Shown in pieces: positions 16,716 to 26,315 of a DNA stretch of 64,000 nt. Every line of letters starts with the position of its first letter. The first letter of the stretch is position 1. Location: assembly GCA_050250895.1 (NCBI GenBank), contig JBFWNU010000001.1, positions 808,008-872,007 on the forward strand. The letters are read 5' to 3'. The notes beneath the pieces were generated by a model that saw only the letters and a list, made by a program, of their open reading frames with translations, did no database searches and was not told where the DNA came from. The stretch comes from Vulcanimicrobiota bacterium (GTDB taxonomy: Bacteria > Vulcanimicrobiota > Xenobia > Xenobiales > JADMJV01). The translations under genes and the position numbers were made by a program.

Positions 16716-17903
16716 CTAGCCTACTCGACGAGGCTTTTCGTGGATCGTGCCCGGCCTGCTAGCGGGAGGCTCAGGGGCCACGACTTTGGCGTAGACCGAG
16801 ACCAGCGCAAAACGCATCCGCTCTTTCCAGCAGCGGGTCAGCGGCTCGTCGCGGGTGACGTGAAAATAGGTATGGACAATCTTCTTGAGCACGCTCGACT
16901 CCATCATGTTTCCCCGCACGCGGCCGGTCTCGCGGTTGGCAGCCTCGACCGAGAAACGGTAGCGGTGCCCGGCAAACTCTTTGTTGGCGCGCACTGCCCG
17001 GTCATAGACCTGATCGATCAGATTCTTGGGCTTACCGCACTCGATGCGGGTTCCCAGACAGATCTCGGTCTCTTCCATGACGGCCCCGATGGGCACATAG
17101 TCGCCCACGCAGTTGAGTACTTCCAAAGCGGGCAGGCGGCTCTGATCGCGGTTGGTCAACGCCATGAAGTCGCGCAGCCCCTGATCGATGGGTAAGAGGT
17201 TAAGCTGAGCCGTCGGGTCGAGGTCCATGCGCACGGCATTGACCCCGGCCTTGTTGAGCTTGCGATAGCTCTCGAGAAACATATACAGCCCGAACGTACT
17301 GCCCTCGTAAGCGCCGGTCTTGGAATGGCCCACGCAGATGCTGGGGCGGATGATGCTCAGGGCGATATGGCTGCCGGCGGCCTCTTGAGCCAGCGACAGC
17401 TCGGTCATGCTCTTGGACATCTGATAGCCGTTGAGGAAATGGTCAGGCACTACCAGGTTCTCGGGCACCGGTCCCCGGTGCAAACCAGCCGAATAGGCTG
17501 TGGAAACGTAGTGAAACCGTCGACAATTGGGAGCATGGCGCTTGAGCACCCGCAGCAAGCCTACCGACCCGGCCACGTTGGTGATCATGCTATTGAAACT
17601 ACGCTTGCGTGAATACGACATCTCGGCTGCGCAGTGCCACACCATATCGACCTGATCAAGTCCCTTGGGCGGCAGCTGTCCCGGTTCAGCGCCCAATTCC
17701 CAGTGAGCGGCCTCAAGACGCGAACGCTCTTCGGGGGTCAAAGCCCAGCCCACGGCCACCGAGGCCTGCTCCACCGCCCGACGGATCTTGTCCGGGCCAC
17801 TTCGACCCAGACAAAGCACGCGATGGCCCTCCCTGAGCAGATTAGCCGCCAGAGCACTTCCTAAAAAGCCCGTGGCACCGGTCAATAAGATCGTCGAAGC
17901 CAT
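16716..17903 (-). CDS. extended SDR / fatty acyl-CoA (thioester) reductase-like protein
   Basis: LLTGATGFLG, WHCAA, YVSTAY, YQMSK and IRPSICVG motifs; ATG 17903. Confidence 0.85.
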   Translation of the reverse strand: MASTILLTGATGFLGSALAANLLREGHRVLCLGRSGPDKIRRAVEQASVAVGWALTPEERSRLEAAHWELGAEPGQLPPKGLDQVDMVWHCAAEMSYSRKRSFNSMITNVAGSVGLLRVLKRHAPNCRRFHYVSTAYSAGLHRGPVPENLVVPDHFLNGYQMSKSMTELSLAQEAAGSHIALSIIRPSICVGHSKTGAYEGSTFGLYMFLESYRKLNKAGVNAVRMDLDPTAQLNLLPIDQGLRDFMALTNRDQSRLPALEVLNCVGDYVPIGAVMEETEICLGTRIECGKPKNLIDQVYDRAVRANKEFAGHRYRFSVEAANRETGRVRGNMMESSVLKKIVHTYFHVTRDEPLTRCWKERMRFALVSVYAKVVAPEPPASRPGTIHEKPRRVG

Positions 17904-18010
17904 TTCAGTCCCCTTCCAAGTTCCGCCGCAGATACCACGAAGGGGGTGACAATTCCTCCGTCTGGAGACGGTCAACAGGAACCAATCCTGACAAGCAGAA
18001 GGGGTGTTCG

Positions 18011-19372
18011 GTGTTCCGCCACAGCTCGCACCAGTTACTCGACAACCCACCCGCCCTCCACTATGGCGCTGCAGCCGTGGATATCGACGGTGATGGCCTT
18101 TTCGAAGTGGTAGTCGCCGGCTTTCTCGGACCCAATCGGGTGCTCAAATGGAACGGGAAGGGTTTTGTCGATGTCGCCGAGTCGATGCTGGCAGACGTCA
18201 AACGCAAGACCATCGGGGTAGCCGGCTGCGATCTCGACGGCGATGGTCGTGAGGAGATCTATTTCCTCAACACCGACACCTTCGCCGGTCCCAAGCGTCA
18301 CTCGGATACCCTGCTAAAACACACTCCCGACGGTTGGATCGACCTGTTTCACCTCGACCAGAACGTCGAATTCGCCAATCTTACGGCCGGACGTTCAGTG
18401 GCCGTGCTCGACCGGCAGGGCAACGGTCGCTATGGATTCGTGGTGGCCAACTACGCCGGCCCTTTGGCTCTATTCGAGGCCGACACCGAGGGCCGAGTGC
18501 GGGATGTGGCTCCTCAGGCCCGGATCGACCGGGTCACGGGTGGGCGCGGCCTGGTCTGCGCCCCGCTTTTCGAGAGCCCCCTGCCCGACCTTTTCTGCAA
18601 CAACGAGAACGGCCCCAACTTTCTCTTCCGCAATTTGGGGGACGGCCGCTTCGACGAGGTGGCCGCGCTCTGCGGCGTGGCCGATGCCGGCCTGAACGGG
18701 CGCGGCGTGGCCGTGCTCGATGCCCGCCGAGATCGAAGACTGGACCTGGTTTGCGCCAACTGGGAAGGACCGGCCCGGCTCTATCGCCAGCGCGAGCGCG
18801 GACGCTACGAGGAGGCCACTCCGCCGGCCCTGGACCGCCCCGGGCCGACCCGAACCGTAGTGGTGGCGGACTTCGACCATGATGGCCACGAAGAGATCTT
18901 CTTCAACAACCTCAGCGCGCCTAACCGGCTCTTTGGCTGGCGTCAGGGGGGCTGGGTGGAACTCGATGTGGGCGAAGCGGCCGAGGCCGGTGCCTGGGGA
19001 ACGGGAGCGGTGGTCGGAGACTTCGACCAGGATGGTCGACTCGAGCTGTTGATCTGTCACGGCGAAGAGAAGATGGAGAGCCTGAGCCTGTTTCGCCCCG
19101 AGTCGGTGGGGCACCACCTGCGCGTCATGCCGCTGACCACGGCCGGCGCTCCGGCCCGCGGGGCCCGGGTGATCATCCGGGCCGGCGACCGCGAGCAGGT
19201 GCGAATCATCGATGGGGGAAGCGGGTATCTCTGTCAGATGGAACCCGTTGCCCATTTCGGGCTAGGCCCGCTGACCGAAGTCGAAGAGGTCGAGATTCGC
19301 TGGCCAGACGGCGCCGAAGTGAAGCTGGGCCGCCAATCGGCCGAGCAGACACTGAAAGTGAGACATCCGTGA
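18011..19372 (+). CDS. CRTAC1/ASPIC-UnbV family FG-GAP repeat protein
   Basis: Repeated D.DGDG motifs; C-terminal GGSGYLCQ..PVAHFGLG...V.IRWPDG. Confidence 0.9.
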   Translation: MFRHSSHQLLDNPPALHYGAAAVDIDGDGLFEVVVAGFLGPNRVLKWNGKGFVDVAESMLADVKRKTIGVAGCDLDGDGREEIYFLNTDTFAGPKRHSDTLLKHTPDGWIDLFHLDQNVEFANLTAGRSVAVLDRQGNGRYGFVVANYAGPLALFEADTEGRVRDVAPQARIDRVTGGRGLVCAPLFESPLPDLFCNNENGPNFLFRNLGDGRFDEVAALCGVADAGLNGRGVAVLDARRDRRLDLVCANWEGPARLYRQRERGRYEEATPPALDRPGPTRTVVVADFDHDGHEEIFFNNLSAPNRLFGWRQGGWVELDVGEAAEAGAWGTGAVVGDFDQDGRLELLICHGEEKMESLSLFRPESVGHHLRVMPLTTAGAPARGARVIIRAGDREQVRIIDGGSGYLCQMEPVAHFGLGPLTEVEEVEIRWPDGAEVKLGRQSAEQTLKVRHP

Positions 19373-19842
19373 CCTATCTAGTACTGGCCCTGTTGATCGC
19401 CATCACGTTGGGTCCCTCGTTCTTGATCGCCCGGGTCCAGGCCAGGGCCATCAAAGAGTGGTATCCCAGCCTGAAGAAACCGCGCTGGAATCCGCCCAAC
19501 TGGATTTTTGGACCGGTCTGGACGGTGCTCTACCTGGCGATGGCGGTGGCTATGTGGCTGGTCTGGCAGGCTGAACCCGCCAACCGACTGGCCTGGCAGC
19601 TGTTCTTAGGACAGCTGCTGCTTAACCACAGCTGGTCGCCAATCTTCTTCGTGTGGCGGCGGCTGGGAGCGGCCCTCATCGTGCTTTTCGGCCTATGGCT
19701 GGCGGTGCTGGCCACCACCGTCTGCTTTTTCACCCTCTCGGTCCAAGCCGGGCAGCTGATGTTGCCCTACCTGGCCTGGGTTTCTTTTGCCGGCTTGCTC
19801 AACTATCGCATCTGGCGCGACAACCCTCAGGAAAGATCATGA
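19369..19842 (+). CDS. tspO: TspO/MBR tryptophan-rich sensory protein
   Basis: WY.SL.KP.WNPP.WIFGPVWT.LY and LPYLAWVSFA..LN motifs. Confidence 0.95.
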   Translation: MTYLVLALLIAITLGPSFLIARVQARAIKEWYPSLKKPRWNPPNWIFGPVWTVLYLAMAVAMWLVWQAEPANRLAWQLFLGQLLLNHSWSPIFFVWRRLGAALIVLFGLWLAVLATTVCFFTLSVQAGQLMLPYLAWVSFAGLLNYRIWRDNPQERS

Positions 19843-21086
19843 AAGCTGAAATTCTAGTGGTGGGCAGTGAACTGCTTTCGCCCCTCAAGCTCGACACCAA
19901 CTCGCTGTGGCTGACCGAGCAACTCAACGAACTCGGCATCGAAGTCACCTGCAAGATCGTGGTCGGCGATGACCTGGGCGACCTTACGGCCGCCTTTCGT
20001 CTAGCTCTGGACCGCTCAGAGCTGGTCCTCTCCACCGGTGGACTGGGGCCGACCCTCGACGATCTGACTCGCGATGCCGTCGCGGCCGCCACCGGTCGCG
20101 AGCTGGTCTGCGACGAGTCGATCGTGGAGTACATCCGCGGCCGTTTTGCCGCCAGGGGGCTACAGATGGCCGACAACAATCGTCGCCAGGCCCTGGTCCC
20201 GGCGGGGGCCGAGGTCATGCCCAACCCCAACGGCACCGCCCCGGGCTTGCGCTTACTCCACAACGGTGTCAAGCTCGCCATCATGCCCGGCCCCCCACGC
20301 GAGATGAAGGCTATGTTCAGCCAGCACGTGCGGCCGTGGCTGGAAGAATCTGCCGGTGCCCTGCGGGTGATGCGCAAAGTGCTCTATGTGACTGGAATAG
20401 GCGAATCGGACATGGACGCGCTCATCGGCCCCATCTACAGCCAGACCGACAATCCCAGCACGACCATCAACTTCACTGCCACCGACCTCGAGATCCATCT
20501 GACCGGACGCGGCTCCAGCCTCGAGGAGGCGGCGGCCCGCATCGAAGAACTGGTGGCCCAATTCTTGCCTAAGCTGGGCTCCAAGTGCTACAGCACCGAC
20601 GGTCGCAACCTCGAGCAGGTGGTCGGCGCCGAACTGGCCGGCCGGGGCTTGACGGTGGCCACCGCCGAGAGCCTCACCGGAGGCCTCATCGGCGAGCGGA
20701 TCACCCGGGTGGCCGGCTCGAGCGCCTATTTCGTGGGCGGCTTCACCACCTACACCGACCAGATGAAGCGCCAGCTCCTGGGCATCCCCGCTGATCTTCT
20801 CGACACCCACGGGGCGGTCAGCGCCCCTGTGGCCGAGGCGATGGCTATTCAGGCCCGGGAGCTGACCCGGGCCGATCTGGCCGTTTCCGCCACCGGCTTT
20901 GCCGGTCCCGACGGAGGCACCGCCGACGATCCGGTGGGTACGGTCTACCTCGGGGTGGCCGACGCCCAGGGAGCCACGGTGCGCCGCCTATCGCTGCCCG
21001 GAGACCGCGAACTGGTGCGAATGCGAGCAGCCCAGGCTGCTCTATTTCTGCTGCGCAAGACCCTGCTAGCTCATGTCCCGGCTTGA
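19839..21086 (+). CDS. cinA: competence/damage-inducible protein A (MoCF-like domain + NMN deamidase)
   Basis: VGSELL..DTNS, GGLGPT.DDLT, AESLTGG and TGFAGPDGG motifs; ATG 19839. Confidence 0.93.
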   Translation: MKAEILVVGSELLSPLKLDTNSLWLTEQLNELGIEVTCKIVVGDDLGDLTAAFRLALDRSELVLSTGGLGPTLDDLTRDAVAAATGRELVCDESIVEYIRGRFAARGLQMADNNRRQALVPAGAEVMPNPNGTAPGLRLLHNGVKLAIMPGPPREMKAMFSQHVRPWLEESAGALRVMRKVLYVTGIGESDMDALIGPIYSQTDNPSTTINFTATDLEIHLTGRGSSLEEAAARIEELVAQFLPKLGSKCYSTDGRNLEQVVGAELAGRGLTVATAESLTGGLIGERITRVAGSSAYFVGGFTTYTDQMKRQLLGIPADLLDTHGAVSAPVAEAMAIQARELTRADLAVSATGFAGPDGGTADDPVGTVYLGVADAQGATVRRLSLPGDRELVRMRAAQAALFLLRKTLLAHVPA

Positions 21087-21531
21087 GCGAGCCCAGTTCT
21101 TTCCAGTGCCCGTCGAACGGGCCTGGCAGTTCTTCACCGATGTCGACATGCTGGATCGGTTCACCCCCGACTTTTTTCGTCTCGAGGTGCTCACCCCCGA
21201 CCGGCCGGCCCTCTTTCCCGGCCAGTTCATCGATTATCGCTTACGCCTGTACGGCATCCCCTTCGCCTGGATCACCCAGATCGAGTCGGTCGACTATCCC
21301 CACAGCTTCATCGACCGCCAGGCCCGCGGCCCGTATGCCTCGTTTCGCCATCAGCACCTGTTCTATTCGATCGAGGGTGGCTGCCTCAAGGTGGACAAAT
21401 TGGATTACCAGGTGGGCTGGGGCCCACTGGGCCCCCTCCTCGACGCCCTGTTGGTGCGCCCCGCCCTGGAGGCGATCTTCGAAACTCGCAGCCAGCGCGC
21501 AGCCGAGCTGTTAGCTGGGCGTGCTGATTAA
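21073..21531 (+). CDS. SRPBCC family protein
   Basis: W.TQI....P.SF.D.Q.RGP..SF.H.H.F pattern. Confidence 0.85.
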   Translation: MSRLERAQFFPVPVERAWQFFTDVDMLDRFTPDFFRLEVLTPDRPALFPGQFIDYRLRLYGIPFAWITQIESVDYPHSFIDRQARGPYASFRHQHLFYSIEGGCLKVDKLDYQVGWGPLGPLLDALLVRPALEAIFETRSQRAAELLAGRAD

Positions 21532-21553
21532 CCGCGAGATTGCGTCGGGACGG

Positions 21554-21616
21554 TCAGTCCATCACGACTTCGATGCCGACCTGCCGCGCGGCGCGACGCC
21601 AAAGGACCAGACTCAA
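21554..21616 (-). pseudogene. internally deleted VapC (PIN) toxin remnant
   Basis: TTG overlapping the antitoxin stop gives MSLVLWRRAARQVGIEVVMD*, resembling a VapC N-terminus joined to a VapC C-terminus. Confidence 0.6.
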
Positions 21617-21855
21617 AAGCGCCTTCCCTCGCTGATGAGTTCTCTGACGACGAGGCCTGACAGAAAGCGACCCTTTCTGCTGAGTTTCATCTGCTCGACC
21701 GCCTCCGCCGGCGACAATCGCGCGGTCGGGCCGGCCGGTGCCAGAATGGCCACCGCCAACCCGCGGCGAGTAATGGTGATCGTCTCTCCGGCTGCTACCA
21801 GCTCAAGCAGTGTCGCCAGGTGAGTCCTGGCTTCGTTGGCTCCGACAGTCTTCAC
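21613..21855 (-). CDS. Phd/YefM family antitoxin
   Basis: MKTVGANEARTHLATLLELVAAGETITITRRG.AVA.L.P is typical of the prevent-host-death family. Confidence 0.9.
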   Translation of the reverse strand: MKTVGANEARTHLATLLELVAAGETITITRRGLAVAILAPAGPTARLSPAEAVEQMKLSRKGRFLSGLVVRELISEGRRF

Positions 21856-21859
21856 ACCT

Positions 21860-23761
21860 TCAGGCTAGTTGGCTTTTCTTCACGGCCTCGCGGAAATAAG
21901 TCCAGGCCCGATTCTTCATCGATTCAGGCCGGTAGCGGGCGCACTCGGGCACCTGCTCCTCAACCAAATCCCACGACTGTGCCCAGGACGCGGCCGCGTC
22001 GAAAGCCTTTTTATGCCCAAGCAGCCGTAATTGGGCATCACACAGCATGGCTAATTCGGCGAAATGGAGCTTCGTTCTCTGCAGCACCGGGGTCAACAGT
22101 GCCTCGGCTTCCTCGAGTCGACCCTGGCGTACCCGAAACACGGCCAACCCGAGGCTGGCCCGAAGGTAGGAAGGGTTAAGGCGATGGTTCCGCTCCAAGA
22201 GCTCCAGCGCGCGCTCCTGCTGCCCCTTTAACTCGGCCACCACGGTAAGGTTGTTGAGCAAATCGGGTGCCTCGGGGACCAATTCGAGAGCCGCGCAGAA
22301 ATGTGCTTCCGCCTCCTCGAGGCGACCTTGTTGGAGGGCCTTCAGGCCGGCGTCCCCCACTTCGGCGACCGGATGAGGGTGAGGCTTGCCATGGCTTTCC
22401 CAGGTTAGCTCGAAACCCATGAGTTGCACAGTAGTCCAGGCGCCAGAACGCCAGAACTTCATTTCGCCCGCCGGAAGCATGCCGGCTTCACGGCAGATCC
22501 TGGCCGCCTTGAGTCTAGCCTGCTCGGAGCCAGTCTGGCCGGTAGCAAACTCGGCCAATCTACGACCTATGTTCGCATCCATCGAGGGCGCGACCAATTC
22601 CAAGAACAGATCGACTGTATCCGGACAACCCCGATCGAGGACGACGGGCAAGAGGCTTCTGAGGGCAGGCACCAGGTCAACGGGTCGTTTGGAACCACTC
22701 AAACCCTCTTTAACTTTCTTCATCTCCGTTTCCGTCAACCAGTTGCTCAAAGAAAACGGCCAGGCCGGCGCGCGCAGGTGGTCGGGCTCTCGGCTGTTGT
22801 CGAGGTTACGCTGGGCGATGGTAAAGCTCGGTTCCAGTTCCAGGCAGTCTCGCCACAAACCGCAAGCCATCTGCCCGTCGCCGAGGCGGGACGAGGCCAC
22901 CGCTGCAAGGTGGAGCAACATAGCGGTGTATTGGCTATGGTCGACCTGCCCAAACAGGTCCAAAATCCCAGTATCATCGCCGAGAAATGCCAGAGCCTCG
23001 GCCGCCTTTGTCCAGGGCAGACAGCCTGACTTTTCTGCCTTCTTTAGCGCCTGAGCCCAATCTAGGGCCTGATCCTTTCGCCCAAGATGGAGTGAGAAGT
23101 GAACCAGGTTGGCCAGGGCATGGATGTTGGTAGGATCCTTGCCGAGCACTGAGAGAGCGGTTCTTTCGGCTTTTTCGACCAGTCCTAGGTGAAACTCGGC
23201 CAGGCTACGGTTGTTCAGGCTCGGAAGATCGTCGGGAAAAGTGCGTAGGGTTGCCTTCGCCAACTGCTCGGCCTGGCGATAGCGCCGCCCATTCAAGAGA
23301 AGCTGCATCTCTTCGTGGGCAGCGGCTCGCTCGACCTCTGCGGCCGTACGAAGGCCTAGTCGCGAGACCGTCTCCGCTAAAGTCTCTGCCCAGACACGAG
23401 CGTCGGGGGCACCGGGCCCATCGGGTTCGATTCTCAGAAATTGCTGGACTTTTTGGTAAGCCCGCGCGTAGCATCGGTGTTGCAGATACCCGGCCGCCAA
23501 CATGAGGTGAACGTCCGGAATCCCGACTTTCAAGCTCTCTATCTGCTGAGCTACCTCGAGTAGGCGGGGGTCCCCAGCTGCTTGCAGTTCTTCGCCAAGT
23601 TCCCACAGCACCCCGCAGAGGTCCCCAGCGTCCTCGTCTTCCCGGCAGTGGTGGGGAAATTCCCGGCGCAGGTAGCCCAGCACCGCGCTGGTCGAGGGAG
23701 CAGCGTTGGTTCGGCGGGACTTCTTGACTCGGCGTCTAGCAATTCTCTTGGACATAAGCAC
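21860..23761 (-). CDS. tetratricopeptide repeat protein
   Basis: Multiple TPR-like helical repeats (e.g. ALQQGRLEEAEAHFCAALELVPEAPDLLNNL); start GTG 23761 or ATG 23755. Confidence 0.8.
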   Translation of the reverse strand: MLMSKRIARRRVKKSRRTNAAPSTSAVLGYLRREFPHHCREDEDAGDLCGVLWELGEELQAAGDPRLLEVAQQIESLKVGIPDVHLMLAAGYLQHRCYARAYQKVQQFLRIEPDGPGAPDARVWAETLAETVSRLGLRTAAEVERAAAHEEMQLLLNGRRYRQAEQLAKATLRTFPDDLPSLNNRSLAEFHLGLVEKAERTALSVLGKDPTNIHALANLVHFSLHLGRKDQALDWAQALKKAEKSGCLPWTKAAEALAFLGDDTGILDLFGQVDHSQYTAMLLHLAAVASSRLGDGQMACGLWRDCLELEPSFTIAQRNLDNSREPDHLRAPAWPFSLSNWLTETEMKKVKEGLSGSKRPVDLVPALRSLLPVVLDRGCPDTVDLFLELVAPSMDANIGRRLAEFATGQTGSEQARLKAARICREAGMLPAGEMKFWRSGAWTTVQLMGFELTWESHGKPHPHPVAEVGDAGLKALQQGRLEEAEAHFCAALELVPEAPDLLNNLTVVAELKGQQERALELLERNHRLNPSYLRASLGLAVFRVRQGRLEEAEALLTPVLQRTKLHFAELAMLCDAQLRLLGHKKAFDAAASWAQSWDLVEEQVPECARYRPESMKNRAWTYFREAVKKSQLA

Positions 23762-23837
23762 CTTCCGGTAGTTGAATTATCCTCAAGATTCCACTGTCCT
23801 CCGAAACAAAGTTTCGCCTCTCGCTCGTTAGCTCCGA

Positions 23838-24989
23838 TTAGAGTTCAGGAAGAGGCCCGGCGTAGCGCGCCCGGGGGCGGATCAAGCGGCCGGTGGCGTA
23901 TTGCTCGAGAGCGTGAGCAATCCAGCCGACGGTTCGCCCCAGGGCGAACAGGGCCAGGGGTGCTCCCGGCGGCAGGTCCAGATGACGGGCCAGGGCGACC
24001 AGGCCAAAGTCGATGGTGGGATGATCGCCCAGCACCGCCTGGGCGGCCTCGATCAGTCCTCGGGTCAACTCTGAGTGGGGCTGGCAGAACTCCAGCAGGC
24101 AACGGCCGCGCGGGTCGCCTTCAGGATAAAGGCGATGGCCAAACCCTGGCACTTCTTCGCCCCGGCGCAGGCGTGACTCGATCGCCAGGCGCGGAGAAGA
24201 GCGGCCGGCTTCTTCATAGAGAGCCTCGACGCGATGGGTGTGTCCGCCATGGCGAAAGCCACTCAGAGCGCACATCCCGGCGCTGACCACGTGATAGGGA
24301 GTTGCCCCCGAAGAAGCCACGCAGCGCGCCGTAAAAGCCGAGACGTTGAACTCGTGGTCGGCACACAGAATGAGGGCGGCCTCAAGAGGACGCCGCTGGC
24401 CGGGGGCCCAGGCCCGCGCCAGAGCCTCGGTCAGTTCGCTGTCGACGCCTCTGCCACAGGCCACTCCCACCAGCGCCGACAGGATGCGGGCCCCGGTTCG
24501 GCGGACCCCCTCCGGGCGCAGGTCGAACGAGGCCAGGTCGCTCTGGCTCAGCCAGGGCAAGACCAGGCGGAAGGCCTCGAAGGGAATGGCACCCTCAAGC
24601 CGCTCCAGCAACCACGGATCGAATTCGACCACCTGAGGGCGATAGTCTCCCCAGAGCAATTCCACCACCTCCTCGAGACTGGCCTGGCGAGCCAGACGCT
24701 GGGCGTCACGACCGCGATAAAAGAGGCGTCCGTTGTCGATCAGGGTCAGTTCCGAGTCGCACACCGGCCCACCCCAATAGAGCGCCTCGGCCAGGGCTTG
24801 CTCGGGTTGGCGCCGTTCTTGTTTGCGGGCCAACAGAGCCTCGACATCAGCTCGGCGGTAGCGACGACGCCGCTTTACGGGGTCGGGCTCAGAACTGAGC
24901 ATGCCGCGACTGACATAGGCGTAGAGCGTCGATACCGAGATACCCAGCCGCGAGGCAGCCTGGGAAGCGGTCAGATACTCACTTGACAT
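23838..24989 (-). CDS. excisionase/MerR-type HTH fused to a citrate synthase-like domain
   Basis: YLTASQAASRLGIS.STLYAYVSRG HTH; DHEFNVSAF, HGG, GFGHRLY and PTIDF citrate synthase motifs. Confidence 0.9.
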   Translation of the reverse strand: MSSEYLTASQAASRLGISVSTLYAYVSRGMLSSEPDPVKRRRRYRRADVEALLARKQERRQPEQALAEALYWGGPVCDSELTLIDNGRLFYRGRDAQRLARQASLEEVVELLWGDYRPQVVEFDPWLLERLEGAIPFEAFRLVLPWLSQSDLASFDLRPEGVRRTGARILSALVGVACGRGVDSELTEALARAWAPGQRRPLEAALILCADHEFNVSAFTARCVASSGATPYHVVSAGMCALSGFRHGGHTHRVEALYEEAGRSSPRLAIESRLRRGEEVPGFGHRLYPEGDPRGRCLLEFCQPHSELTRGLIEAAQAVLGDHPTIDFGLVALARHLDLPPGAPLALFALGRTVGWIAHALEQYATGRLIRPRARYAGPLPEL

Positions 24990-25013
24990 ATTGATTTATT
25001 GATCAAGATTGAC
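24983..25013. promoter_or_regulatory. TTGA repeat array between the divergent citrate synthase genes
   Basis: TTGAcata TTGAttta TTGAtcaaga TTGAc; the last copy forms TTGACC-N18-TAGGAT. Confidence 0.55.
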
Positions 25014-25044
25014 CACATAACCTGCTTACCTCTAGGATGGGAGC

Positions 25045-26049
25045 ATGGGATCAGGACTTGAAGGCGTGGTGGTGGCCGACACCACCTTGAGCCGCGTAGA
25101 CGGCGCCGCCGGCAAATTGGTCATCGCCGGCCATCATCTAGAAGAACTTGCCCCGCGTGGATTCGAGACGGCAGCCGAGGTGTTGCTGGGCTTGTCAGGA
25201 CTGGGTGAAGCGAGAGTGCGAGTGTGGCAGAAGCTGCAATCGGTATTGCCCCTTCTGCCCGGGCGCACGCCTCTCGAGGGCTTGAGAATGGGCCTGGCGG
25301 CCCTGGCCGGACCGCTCGGCGAGGCCGAGGTGGTAGCCGCCTTTCCCGTCATTCTGGCCGGCGTTCGCCACGGGGCGGCCCTGCCCCGCCCCGATGCGAA
25401 CCTGGGTCAGGTAGAGGACTTTCTGCGCCTCTACGGCCACAGCAGTCCCGACCGGGTGAGCGGGCTATCCACCTATCTCGCCACCGTCAGCGAGCATGGC
25501 ATGAACGCCTCGACCTTCACCGCCAGAGTGGTGGCCTCGACGGGAGCGGAACTGCTCGATGCCGTGCTGGCGGCCCTGGGTGCCCTGAGCGGGCCCCTGC
25601 ACGGAGGGGCGCCCGGCCCCGTACTCGACCTGCTCGATGAGCTTGAGGGTGAGTCCGACCTGGAGGCAGCCCTGCAAGCCCGCCTGGAGGCGGGTCAGCG
25701 CCTGATGGGATTTGGGCACAGGATTTATCGTACCCGCGACCCCCGCGCCTCGGTGCTAAAGCAGGCGGTGGCCCAGCTCGCCGATAGCCCCCGGCTGCGC
25801 TGGGCAGAGAAGGTCGAAAAGGCGGCCCTGGCCGTGTTGGCGCGTCACAAACCCGACCGACGCCTGGAGACGAACGTCGAGTTCTACACGGCCGTCTTGC
25901 TCGAGGCGGTGGGGTTTGACCGCAACATGTTCACGCCTCTGTTCGCCACCGGGCGAGTGCTGGGTTGGACCGCCCATTATCACGAGCAGCGACGGGGCGG
26001 TCGCCTGATCCGCCCTGACTCGCGCTACGTGGGACCTGAGCCCGAATAG
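25045..26049 (+). CDS. citrate/methylcitrate synthase family protein
   Basis: GLEGVV, EHGMNASTF, GPLHGG, GFGHRIY and TNVEFY motifs. Confidence 0.9.
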   Translation: MGSGLEGVVVADTTLSRVDGAAGKLVIAGHHLEELAPRGFETAAEVLLGLSGLGEARVRVWQKLQSVLPLLPGRTPLEGLRMGLAALAGPLGEAEVVAAFPVILAGVRHGAALPRPDANLGQVEDFLRLYGHSSPDRVSGLSTYLATVSEHGMNASTFTARVVASTGAELLDAVLAALGALSGPLHGGAPGPVLDLLDELEGESDLEAALQARLEAGQRLMGFGHRIYRTRDPRASVLKQAVAQLADSPRLRWAEKVEKAALAVLARHKPDRRLETNVEFYTAVLLEAVGFDRNMFTPLFATGRVLGWTAHYHEQRRGGRLIRPDSRYVGPEPE

Positions 26050-26315
26050 TTCTTGTTGAGATACTCGAGGATCTTCTTGCGCTCGGCGGGGCTTGGCTTG
26101 GCCCCGTATTTTTCCATCTTCGAGACTTCTTTCTCCCAGCCCGCCTGGTCAAGAAAAGGCGAATTCATCGGAATGTAGTCGAGGCTGTGGCAGATGGAGC
26201 AATGGATGAAGACCTGACGTTGCCCCTCGCCCTGCTTGAGCTTGATAGACCCCTCGCCGGCCCCCACGGGATAAGTCAGGAGGGCCAACATCAGGCTGGC
26301 CATGACATATCTCAT
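26025..26315 (-). CDS. sorB: monoheme cytochrome c, SorB-like
   Basis: Signal peptide, CSICHSLDYI heme motif, W..EV.KM; coupled to sorA. Confidence 0.85.
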   Translation of the reverse strand: MRYVMASLMLALLTYPVGAGEGSIKLKQGEGQRQVFIHCSICHSLDYIPMNSPFLDQAGWEKEVSKMEKYGAKPSPAERKKILEYLNKNYSGSGPT

